Source: a virus (Duplodnaviria > Caudoviricetes). Taken from it: a stretch of DNA of 64,000 bases. Below, one piece after another: positions 8,462 to 16,712 of the stretch (its first letter is position 1; every line of letters begins with the position of its first letter). A model generated the notes under the pieces. The model ran no database searches and was not told where the DNA came from. It saw only the letters and a program-made list of their open reading frames with translations. Made by a program: the position numbers and the translations under genes. The stretch lies in the IMG/VR virus record IMGVR_UViG_3300034161_000008, positions 96,001-160,000 of that record, one strand, 5' to 3'.

Positions 8462-10105
8462 TCAGTTGCCGCGGGTTATGTCGTGTTGCACTTGATCGAG
8501 CATTGGTGCTAGTTCTGGGTCTCTCAGTAAGACACCCTGCGAGTCGATCTTGCTGACCAAATTCAGTCGGCTTCGACCAGACGGCTCACTCTTCGGTAAG
8601 AACGAATAGCCACAGTGCTCAGCTACACTTACGTGCAGGCGCTTCGATGGATCTCCCAATACCACTTTCGCTTTCCGGCTACCCTGTCGACTGGAGTTGG
8701 ATTGCGGCACCAGATTACAAGTTACCTTGAACGCCAGATTGTCTCCTGAGCTACTGATGTTCGAGACTTCCCCGTGACCTTTGGTGATCGAATAGATCAA
8801 CCCGGTACGTAGTGTTGAGTTCATTGTTGCGATGACTTCTTTCAAAGTCATTTCTTTCTTGATGCCCATCTTCGCTGCTGCGTCTTTATCGGACGCTGCC
8901 TTCAAACGGAACATCATCTTCACCGCTGCCGATGAGATTTCATACATCACGTAGTACAACACTTTCAGCTGCTTGTCGTACACGCTGTTGATCTTATTCG
9001 CAGAGCCCAGAATCCAGTCACTGAAGTTCTCAATGATAATCCCGAACAACGCGTACAGATCTTTCACCGGACAGCCAATCTGCTTGAGCTCTTCGTCCAC
9101 CAGCGTATCGATGTACTCGTCCAAGGACACCAAGTGTTTGTCCATCTCTTTGATCAGCCAACCTTCAGGCAAAGCGCCTGACCAGATGACGTGACCCATC
9201 AGGATCTTCCACAGCGTACGGGACTTAAAGAACTCAGGCTTGCAGCGTGCGGCGAAGTGATCGATTACATAGAACGCACCGCCAACCAACGCAGACACCA
9301 TCGGCGACCAGTCTTCCTTACGGATCGCGATCTTGACGTTTGTCGTAGCTTGGTGACCACGCCCAAGGCCCTTGAGAGGCATCTTGCGCGACTCACACAC
9401 CACCCAGTGCTCCTGAGGGTGAGTACGTTCATTGATCTCGACATCAGTACCCACCACGGGGGTACACTTCCCAAACATCTGGAAGGTTTCGTAGAACCCA
9501 TACTTGCAGAACAAGTAGTGAGTCAGTGCACACTTCATGTTGACAGTGGGCTTGATCTTTTTCATCTTCGCGTTCTTGTGGTAGATGGTGGAGTTAGCCA
9601 CCTTCTCAGTACGCGTCACTCCGTTCATGAAGAAGCTGTGACCCACCACTTCAAAAGTAAGTCGGTCACGCAGCAAACGAACGAAGATACTGCTAACGCC
9701 GATCGAGATCACGCGATCAGAGATCACTGGGGAGATGTTGAAGCGCGAACCCCCCAGCGTAATGTTACCGCCGACTGAAACAAACGGCAGAGCAAGGTAG
9801 CGAATGATTTTCTCGCCCTTGTATTCAAACAGCAACTTGATGTAGTAAATGTCACTGCGAGCAACGTCGTATTGGCGCTTGATGCGCTTACGTGTAATCT
9901 CGTTGTATTCTTCCTGCGGACTGCAAGGCATCCAACCCAGATACTTAAAGCCCTCTGGATACCCTTTGGCGGTGGACACGAAGACATTATCGACGTAAGA
10001 CTCTACGTGCTTCATGTGCTCGGTAGCCAGACCGTTAGCCAGCAACGGATTCAGCTGCGGAGTGTCTTCTCGAATCAGCCGCTTTAACTCAACGTCCATA
10101 CCCAT
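8462..10105 (-). CDS. rpoB: Non-virion RNA polymerase beta-like subunit, N-terminal part (phiKZ gp123-like)
   Basis: 547 aa; LALPFV..GNITLGGSRFNISPVISD resembles the RpoB N-terminal PxM..G.FIING..RV region; gp123 position three genes from the MCP. Confidence 0.85.
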   Translation of the reverse strand: MGMDVELKRLIREDTPQLNPLLANGLATEHMKHVESYVDNVFVSTAKGYPEGFKYLGWMPCSPQEEYNEITRKRIKRQYDVARSDIYYIKLLFEYKGEKIIRYLALPFVSVGGNITLGGSRFNISPVISDRVISIGVSSIFVRLLRDRLTFEVVGHSFFMNGVTRTEKVANSTIYHKNAKMKKIKPTVNMKCALTHYLFCKYGFYETFQMFGKCTPVVGTDVEINERTHPQEHWVVCESRKMPLKGLGRGHQATTNVKIAIRKEDWSPMVSALVGGAFYVIDHFAARCKPEFFKSRTLWKILMGHVIWSGALPEGWLIKEMDKHLVSLDEYIDTLVDEELKQIGCPVKDLYALFGIIIENFSDWILGSANKINSVYDKQLKVLYYVMYEISSAAVKMMFRLKAASDKDAAAKMGIKKEMTLKEVIATMNSTLRTGLIYSITKGHGEVSNISSSGDNLAFKVTCNLVPQSNSSRQGSRKAKVVLGDPSKRLHVSVAEHCGYSFLPKSEPSGRSRLNLVSKIDSQGVLLRDPELAPMLDQVQHDITRGN

Positions 10106-10115
10106 GCGGATAGCC

Positions 10116-11294
10116 CTACAGAAATGCTTTTACCGCCATCACTATCGCACTCAAACCCATCACGGCAGTCGGCAGGGTCTTGATGACCTCGCTACTGTCT
10201 TTGCGGGTGTATGACCTTGACTCGTAATGGTCCTTGACTTCGAGCCGTCTGAGCTCTATGTCATGGAGTTGGCGTTCGCGTATGCGTGCAAACTCTGCTT
10301 GCTGTTGTGTTCGTATTTCTTCATTGGCTTTAGACTCCTGCTCCCGTTCTATTTTCTCAAGATCAAACCGATGTTTCTGAGCAGTCACCTGATGTTTCAA
10401 TTCGGCGAGCAGCTGTTCTTTCTCGGTTTCTTGAAGCTTGAGTTTGTGGCTTGCATCACCTCTAGTAGTCGCCTCCTCGAAGCTACTAAAGATTCCTAGG
10501 TCACCCAAGTCCCCGGATGACCCAACACGCCTGACAGTGTCGTGGACTTCGCCGAACTCATCTATCGAGCCTGAGGTTCGGACATAAATCCCATCCCGAC
10601 GACCATAGGCTGGAGTCGGATTAATTGGAAACACGCTGCCGTTTATGTTCACGAACCGAGTCCCCATACGGCCTGTGTTGTCCACGATCTCAAGGTTGTA
10701 TGTAAAACCCCGTGTGGAGTAATTCCCATGAGTATCTTGAACGTACTGAGTCTTCCCTACATCGCTATACGGATGGTCTGGAGTATCAGCAGCAGGCAGG
10801 ATAGATACGACCTGATCCAGTTCGCTATAGTAAACTGCACCGCCGTATTTTTTCAACGTCTCCATCGTAACTGGATAGTCAACAGTCAGCAAAGTACCCC
10901 CATGACGGGATTTGGATGACTGCACTTCAATTGCTTCTTTCATCGCTTTCAGTTCGACATTAGAGTCATCCCGAATACGGCTTAACAACTTCCCTACATC
11001 GATGCTCACCCAAGGGGCTAATGAAATCTCCACTCGGATTACAAATGTTTCCCCGAACCTTTCGGCTCCTGACGATGGGATAGAAAAGCTAAACCCAGAT
11101 CGCCACCCTATTACAACATCGGTGTACAAGTTGTTAATGTAGGACACTCTATACTCAACGGGACTTCGTCCTTGTCGAGGGCCTGAAAGTGGTCCCCCCA
11201 CGGTCGGTTGACCATGGTACACTTTTGGCGGAGAGTTTCTTCTGAAGGAAGTCATTAGACTATTACTTTCCCATGCACACAACAGATCCAGCAT
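10116..11294 (-). CDS. Conserved hypothetical protein (phiKZ gp122-like), C-terminal coiled coil and hydrophobic tail
   Basis: Lies between MCP and RNAP; KLKLQETEKEQ... coiled coil; AVMGLSAIVMAVKAFL end. The start may be the downstream Met (MTSFRR). Confidence 0.7.
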   Translation of the reverse strand: MLDLLCAWESNSLMTSFRRNSPPKVYHGQPTVGGPLSGPRQGRSPVEYRVSYINNLYTDVVIGWRSGFSFSIPSSGAERFGETFVIRVEISLAPWVSIDVGKLLSRIRDDSNVELKAMKEAIEVQSSKSRHGGTLLTVDYPVTMETLKKYGGAVYYSELDQVVSILPAADTPDHPYSDVGKTQYVQDTHGNYSTRGFTYNLEIVDNTGRMGTRFVNINGSVFPINPTPAYGRRDGIYVRTSGSIDEFGEVHDTVRRVGSSGDLGDLGIFSSFEEATTRGDASHKLKLQETEKEQLLAELKHQVTAQKHRFDLEKIEREQESKANEEIRTQQQAEFARIRERQLHDIELRRLEVKDHYESRSYTRKDSSEVIKTLPTAVMGLSAIVMAVKAFL

Positions 11295-11367
11295 CCACTG
11301 GTTCTACAGCAGTACGATAGTCGTTTAGGTCCTTATAGTTGAAATTACACCGTCTGCTGTCACTTAA

Positions 11368-11378
11368 GTAATAAGTAA
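11368..11378 (-). promoter_or_regulatory. Putative phage promoter motif TTACTTATTAC
   Basis: Identical 11-mer also at 27605-27615; both are intergenic and upstream of minus-strand genes. Confidence 0.5.
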
Positions 11379-11395
11379 TTGAACTGAGTTTCACT

Positions 11396-11439
11396 GCGGC
11401 ATAAACCCCATCTCCAAGGATTGCTCCAAGGAGATGGGG
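11396..11439 (-). terminator. Major capsid gene terminator followed by TTTATGCCGC
   Basis: CCCCATCTCC/GGAGATGGGG 10-bp stem. Confidence 0.8.
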
Positions 11440-11477
11440 AAGCCCCTTGAGCCTAGCCTAACGGCAAGGTTCTTGGA

Positions 11478-13685
11478 TTACACGCTATGCATGTTGACAG
11501 CGATCTTCTCCGACATTACGTCGGGGATACCACTCACATCGAGCGCCGCCATGATTGGAAGGTGCGTGATGTGGAGGAAAGAAGGCTGAACAGTCAGCTC
11601 CTTGCTGTTCGCACCGTTGCGGTGCAGTGGCAGAACCAGAGTCAGCTCCGGCTTCCAACCCATGTTACCGAAGTGCATTGGGTTAGGGATGCCATCGAAG
11701 CCTTCGCCGAACGCGCCGAAGGACATGATGATCTTGCCGCGCATTTTCTTGTTCAGCGTCGAAACGATGCGCAGGTCCAGACCACCGCCCAGAGTACGCA
11801 GGTCACCCGAGATTTGCAGGTAACGAGCGATCACCGGATCAGTACCCAGGATGACGACAGGTGGTGGCGCAACGCCGCCGGCCAGTGCGTCAGCAGCAGC
11901 TTTGTAACCCGAGTCGCGATACATGCGGAAAGCCATGTCGCGGATCTTGTTAACCAGAACTGCCTGGGTGTCTTGTGCACGTTCGTGCGACTTGATGCTG
12001 TCGATGATTTCGTCGACTTTCAGCTCTTCGAACTCGTAGAACGCGCTGACGAGGTAGGAAGCAACGCCCATGATTTCTGGCGAAGTACCAACGGTGTCTT
12101 TGCTGTCGACGTATTCGCTCAGCACGCTTTGTACGCGCAGCAGCTCGTCCACAGCAGCGTTGCTGGTGCGGATGTGAGTTGCGGTGACCAGAGCAGCCAG
12201 GTCGGAACTGTCATTGGCGTCGCCAATGGTCAGAGGACGTGGAATGGTGATCGGCGAACGCAGCGGGATGGTGTAAACCTGGCTGTAGAAAGTGGTGTCC
12301 AGAAGCTGGCCACGCTCACGACGGTTCAGGTTGGTACGCTGGGCAGCGAGGTCGTAACCTACGGCCGAAGCGTTGTCGAACAGAGCGGCGATGGTTGCAC
12401 CAGGACCGGAGTCCAGGGACAGCACGGTGCCGTCTTTGTCGGTAACACGGGTAACGACGATCGCGCCGGAGAACACGTTGGTCTCAGCCAGTTCCAGGTT
12501 CACAGAACCGGAAACTTTGATGCCCAGACGAACGGAGTATTCACCGGAAACCAGCGAAGCCAGCAGCGCAGAATCGCTGTTGTCAGCTTGTTTGGTTTTG
12601 CTGGAGACCAGCAGGCTATCGGTAGAGAACGCGAGGTTCATCATGCGATAGTTGCCCTGCACCGCGTAGGTGAAGGTCGACAGCGGGCTGCGGTCGGTGC
12701 TGAAGCGCAGCAGTTCGTCGTCAGCGGCAGTGGCGCCCGGCAGTTTGACGTACAGAGCGGTCAGGCTGATCGCGGTATCGATCGAGTCGGTGCTGTCCAG
12801 CAGGCCGGTTTCCAGCAGAGCTTCGGTCTGGGAAATACCCAACAGGCTGAAGGTCGCGCCCATTTTCAGAGCGGAAGTCGAAACTTCTTCAGCGCCGACG
12901 TACACGTTCTTCGGAGTCAGCAACGTGTTGGACACGAAGTGCTTGGCCGATTCGGTGCGGTAGATCGGAACGATGTTGGTCTGATCGTTGCGCAGGATCG
13001 AGCTGTCGATGACGGCTTCGATGATGTTGCGCTTGCCGAAGTCTTTGTAGTCGCCGGAGATCTGGCGACGAACTTCGTCGTACACGGTGATCAGACGGAT
13101 CGAGATGGCGAAGCCAACTTGGTCCGGGGTCACAACGACGGTAGGGAAGAACAGCTCGCCGAACTCGTCTTGACGAGCGGCTTGCATGTTGTACGCAACC
13201 GAGTAGGTCACGGCGTTCTTGTTTTCTTTCTCGTCGTACGCTTCCAGCGCGACTTTCATACGCGCCGAGAATACGTCAGGGGTGCCCAGGTTGGACAGGT
13301 TGACGAAGGTCATGTGCTCGGTGCTGACCTGGTTGGCCATCACGGTCGGAGCGTGCAGGAAAGCTTTGATGTCGCCAGCCATGATACCGGCAGCCATCGC
13401 TGCGTCGATCTGGGACTTCTGGTACTTCACGCCTGGAGCAGCGGAAGCAGCGATGCCTTCCAGAGCAGTGGTCAGGCCAGTAGCGGCGCTTTCGATTTCG
13501 GCTTGCATGCTGGCGTCGATGGATTCCATCGAGATGGCGGCGCGTGCAACACTGCCCTCAACCAGTTTAGAACCACCAGCGTTTACTCGGTCCTGGATGC
13601 CGGTGATCATCTTGTCAAGGATGGTCAGTGGCATGTTTGGCTGAGAGCCTGCTTGGCTTTTTGCCTTATGGGAGAAGATCGACAT
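11478..13685 (-). CDS. Major capsid protein precursor (phiKZ gp120-like)
   Basis: 735 aa from the RBS-supported ATG at 13685 (AAGGAAAG). ALE/AYDEKEN...YN..AARQDEFGELFFPTVVV is typical of phiKZ-type MCP. Strong codon bias; S/A/G-X-E protease sites. Confidence 0.93.
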   Translation of the reverse strand: MSIFSHKAKSQAGSQPNMPLTILDKMITGIQDRVNAGGSKLVEGSVARAAISMESIDASMQAEIESAATGLTTALEGIAASAAPGVKYQKSQIDAAMAAGIMAGDIKAFLHAPTVMANQVSTEHMTFVNLSNLGTPDVFSARMKVALEAYDEKENKNAVTYSVAYNMQAARQDEFGELFFPTVVVTPDQVGFAISIRLITVYDEVRRQISGDYKDFGKRNIIEAVIDSSILRNDQTNIVPIYRTESAKHFVSNTLLTPKNVYVGAEEVSTSALKMGATFSLLGISQTEALLETGLLDSTDSIDTAISLTALYVKLPGATAADDELLRFSTDRSPLSTFTYAVQGNYRMMNLAFSTDSLLVSSKTKQADNSDSALLASLVSGEYSVRLGIKVSGSVNLELAETNVFSGAIVVTRVTDKDGTVLSLDSGPGATIAALFDNASAVGYDLAAQRTNLNRRERGQLLDTTFYSQVYTIPLRSPITIPRPLTIGDANDSSDLAALVTATHIRTSNAAVDELLRVQSVLSEYVDSKDTVGTSPEIMGVASYLVSAFYEFEELKVDEIIDSIKSHERAQDTQAVLVNKIRDMAFRMYRDSGYKAAADALAGGVAPPPVVILGTDPVIARYLQISGDLRTLGGGLDLRIVSTLNKKMRGKIIMSFGAFGEGFDGIPNPMHFGNMGWKPELTLVLPLHRNGANSKELTVQPSFLHITHLPIMAALDVSGIPDVMSEKIAVNMHSV

Positions 13686-13737
13686 GATTAATGCTTTCCT
13701 TACAGTTGTAGACAAGGTGTTGGGGGGCTTTTTTACT

Positions 13738-14295
13738 TCACACTATTACGGTTTTATTCGACAATAGCTGAAGGTATTGCTTGAAGAGCTCGGACCGTGC
13801 CACCGCGTGATGCGAATCGTACGCATAAAATACGCGGAGGACGGACTCAATGAGGCTGAGCGAAGTATCGCTGTACTCCTCCCCATCTACAAAATAACCT
13901 GGGTAGATCACGGCAGCGCCGATACTCGGACTCAAGTCATAAGTAATAAATGGTTTTGTGTAACGCTCGTCTCGGCTCTCCATCGAAAACAAGCGGTTCT
14001 TCAGGTCAGACTGAACGCTGCCGTCCATGCTGAGCATGTCGATTCGGGACACCTCCGATTTTTGTTCAGCAGTCGCCGAATCAAACCATGCCGACCGAAG
14101 GGTCAGGCTGGACTGGTCAGGAATACTGGCGCCATAACATAGCGCTTCAAAACACTCCATAGCCAAGCAACCGGCGAGGTCGTTGACGGAGAACAGGCCT
14201 CGGATCTTCTGGAAGTCGAGCACATCCACTAACTGGAGTTTGTGTCGGTTCAGAGTATCCTGTACCCAGTGCGGGATTAACACTACCTTTTTCAT
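13738..14295 (-). CDS. Conserved hypothetical protein (phiKZ gp119-like)
   Basis: 185 aa between DnaB and MCP, matching phiKZ synteny. Confidence 0.7.
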   Translation of the reverse strand: MKKVVLIPHWVQDTLNRHKLQLVDVLDFQKIRGLFSVNDLAGCLAMECFEALCYGASIPDQSSLTLRSAWFDSATAEQKSEVSRIDMLSMDGSVQSDLKNRLFSMESRDERYTKPFITYDLSPSIGAAVIYPGYFVDGEEYSDTSLSLIESVLRVFYAYDSHHAVARSELFKQYLQLLSNKTVIV

Positions 14296-14381
14296 GGTGT
14301 GCTGAGTTCCTATGGCGGTAAAGAAATAATCGAGACCTCAGATGCTATAGGTCTTAATAGGCGAACGGATCAATCATAAAG

Positions 14382-15914
14382 ATGGATAGTAAACTACTAC
14401 TCGTTAAGGGCATCACGCTCCTCTATCGTGAGAGCCAACTAGAAGGCACTAAAGAAAAGTCTTCTGCCCTGGTACGTGAGATCGTTTCTAAGATCAAGCC
14501 TCCAGAGATCACCATGGACACTGGCGAAGGTCGTGAGATCCTGATGGGTCTGACTCGCACAGCATTAACCATGTGTGACGACCCTCATGACCACACTTAC
14601 GAACTGACGGAGTTGTTGCAACGCGTCAAAGTAAACACCGGCGACGAGACCGAGCTGTACGAGTCGATTGCCACCGGCGTCACTAAGGAGATGGATCAGC
14701 AGGAACTCAAGCGTTACACGCTGAACATCCAGCGTAGTCTCAAGAATTTCCAGAATGAGGAGAAGGTCTCCCAGATCATCAACCAGGCGGCGTACAAGCT
14801 CCGGTTCGACAGGGACAACCTGGATTGGAAAACGTTCGTCCAAGAGACTCACGCGCAGCTTGAGACGTATATAGGAGGGGACTCTGAGGACCATCCTGCC
14901 ATTGTTGACGAGATTGACCTCGACGACCTCGAAGCAGTGGCCAAAGTCTTTAAAGAAGTGAAAGACAATGACTCGGGTCTGGGCTTGCTCAAAACGGGTT
15001 GGCAGGCAATGAACCGAATGCTCGACGGTGGTTTCCGTCGTGGCGAAGAAGTGGTGATCGGCGCACTGCAACACAAGTACAAGACTGGCTTTACGCTGAG
15101 CTTGTTCAAGCAGATCGCTCTCTACAATACTCCGTACATGATCGACCCGACCAAGAAGCCTTTGTTGGTTCGTATCTCTTTCGAGGACAGTGCAGCCCTA
15201 AACACCCAGTTCCTTTACACCTCTTTGTATGAGAACGCGCAGCGCAAGAAAGCGGACATCAGCGGTCTAACAGATATGGAGATGGCGCAGTACGTCAAGA
15301 ACGAACTGACCATCAACGGGTATTCGATCAAGGTTCTCAAGGTCGACCCGACGCAGTATTCTTACAGGGATATTTGCAACAAGCTTCTGGAGTACGAAGC
15401 ACAAGGCTACGAAATTCATCTCTGCATGTTGGATTATCTCGCGATGATCCCAACGACTGGTTGTGTGCAAGGCGCATTAGGACAGGATGTGCGAGATCTG
15501 TTCCGCCGGATGCGGAACTTCTGTGAACCTCGCAAGATCACCTTGATCACGCCTCATCAACTCTCGACTGAGTCGAAGATGAAGGTTCGTGATGGCGCAA
15601 CCAACTTTGTGCAGTTGCTGGTGGGTGGCGGGTACTACGATAAGTGCAAGACGATCGACAACGAGGTTGACCTCGAGATCTTCATTCACATTGAGATCGT
15701 TAATGGCGTAAGCTACTTGACGGTTCAACGTGGGAAACATCGGAAGTCTACGCAGACTCCGATCGAGTACCACTACTTCGTACTACCCTTCAATGACATC
15801 GGCGGTATTCTGGACGACGTTAATGGCCCCGACTCCTCACGCAAGAAAGTGGGTGGCGGACCTATTGGCTCATCGGAGGAAACTCCGTTCTGGGACTTTG
15901 CAGATGCGGCATAA
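14382..15914 (+). CDS. dnaB: DnaB-like replicative helicase (phiKZ gp118-like)
   Basis: LKTGWQAMNRMLDGGFRRGE, variant Walker A GALQHKYKT, SFED, MLDYL, TPHQLS, KHR motifs. Confidence 0.93.
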   Translation: MDSKLLLVKGITLLYRESQLEGTKEKSSALVREIVSKIKPPEITMDTGEGREILMGLTRTALTMCDDPHDHTYELTELLQRVKVNTGDETELYESIATGVTKEMDQQELKRYTLNIQRSLKNFQNEEKVSQIINQAAYKLRFDRDNLDWKTFVQETHAQLETYIGGDSEDHPAIVDEIDLDDLEAVAKVFKEVKDNDSGLGLLKTGWQAMNRMLDGGFRRGEEVVIGALQHKYKTGFTLSLFKQIALYNTPYMIDPTKKPLLVRISFEDSAALNTQFLYTSLYENAQRKKADISGLTDMEMAQYVKNELTINGYSIKVLKVDPTQYSYRDICNKLLEYEAQGYEIHLCMLDYLAMIPTTGCVQGALGQDVRDLFRRMRNFCEPRKITLITPHQLSTESKMKVRDGATNFVQLLVGGGYYDKCKTIDNEVDLEIFIHIEIVNGVSYLTVQRGKHRKSTQTPIEYHYFVLPFNDIGGILDDVNGPDSSRKKVGGGPIGSSEETPFWDFADAA

Positions 15915-15960
15915 AACTGACTCTACCGGTTACCCCGCAACAAAAAAATAAGTAATGAAC

Positions 15961-16055
15961 GAAAAAAAGAGGAACCCGTGAGGGCTCCTCCTCAACACTC
16001 CTCGATAGCCTTAGGGCCATTCGGGGAGTGTTGAGTCTTTTTGCTTTTATGCCGT
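15961..16055. terminator. Paired terminators between convergent genes
   Basis: GAGGAACCC-GTGA-GGGCTCCTC with an upstream A7 run (minus terminator); CTCAACACTCC...GGGAGTGTTGAG-TCTTTTTGCTTTTATGCCGT (plus terminator). Confidence 0.8.
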
Positions 16056-16697
16056 CGCGCTAGGAAAGCCAGGACGTTCTGCGGAGTTGCCGATGATGCG
16101 GACCCAGTGATGGAAATCCGGGTAGTCGTGAGCTACCAGGTGAAACTCCATGGAGCCGTCATCGTATTCGCCGAAGTAATAACTCAAGCGTAACGAACCT
16201 GCGCACAGTTCTATCTCGCGACAGAATGCAACGAAGGCCGTACCAGTACCAAACTCTTGAAGCTCAGGAGCGGCTCGCTGGTCTTTGCACTGAGTGATTG
16301 CAGTAGCTACACCTTTATCGATACCTTCGCCCAAATACACAACGTGCTTGAGGCAGATTTCCGATACACGACGAGCGTGCTCACGACGGAACAGAACCAC
16401 GAGATCTGGTTTGTCCAGCGTGTAGGTGTAACCAAGGATTGGATGCGGTGCCCAGTACATGTCCACTGCGACTTTATAATCCACACCATCCTTTCGAATT
16501 ACTTCGAGTGATACAGTACCGTCAGGAAACCGCATCAGGGTGTACGAAGGTCGCCCACTCAGCATGGATTTAAGAATCCCACGCAGAGAGAACCTGGTCA
16601 TGTAGCTGAGCACCCGTACCAGTTGCTCGGCCGCTGCGTCAGCTACCGTGTGCTTTCGCACATGGTTCAACAGTCGATTGCGGGTATAGATGCTCAT
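16047..16697 (-). CDS. Hypothetical protein
   Basis: 216 aa ORF, AAGGAA RBS. Confidence 0.75.
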   Translation of the reverse strand: MSIYTRNRLLNHVRKHTVADAAAEQLVRVLSYMTRFSLRGILKSMLSGRPSYTLMRFPDGTVSLEVIRKDGVDYKVAVDMYWAPHPILGYTYTLDKPDLVVLFRREHARRVSEICLKHVVYLGEGIDKGVATAITQCKDQRAAPELQEFGTGTAFVAFCREIELCAGSLRLSYYFGEYDDGSMEFHLVAHDYPDFHHWVRIIGNSAERPGFPSATA

Positions 16698-16712
16698 TGT
16701 GATTCCTTTCTT

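Noticed and set aside
11487-13691. 734-aa plus-strand ORF antisense to the major capsid gene
   Set aside because: Shadow ORF caused by the strong codon bias of the MCP; no RBS, and the composition is not protein-like
14382-15914. Non-canonical Walker A (GALQHKYKT) suggesting an inactive helicase
   Set aside because: To my recollection this variant is typical of phiKZ-type DnaB; the other helicase motifs are intact
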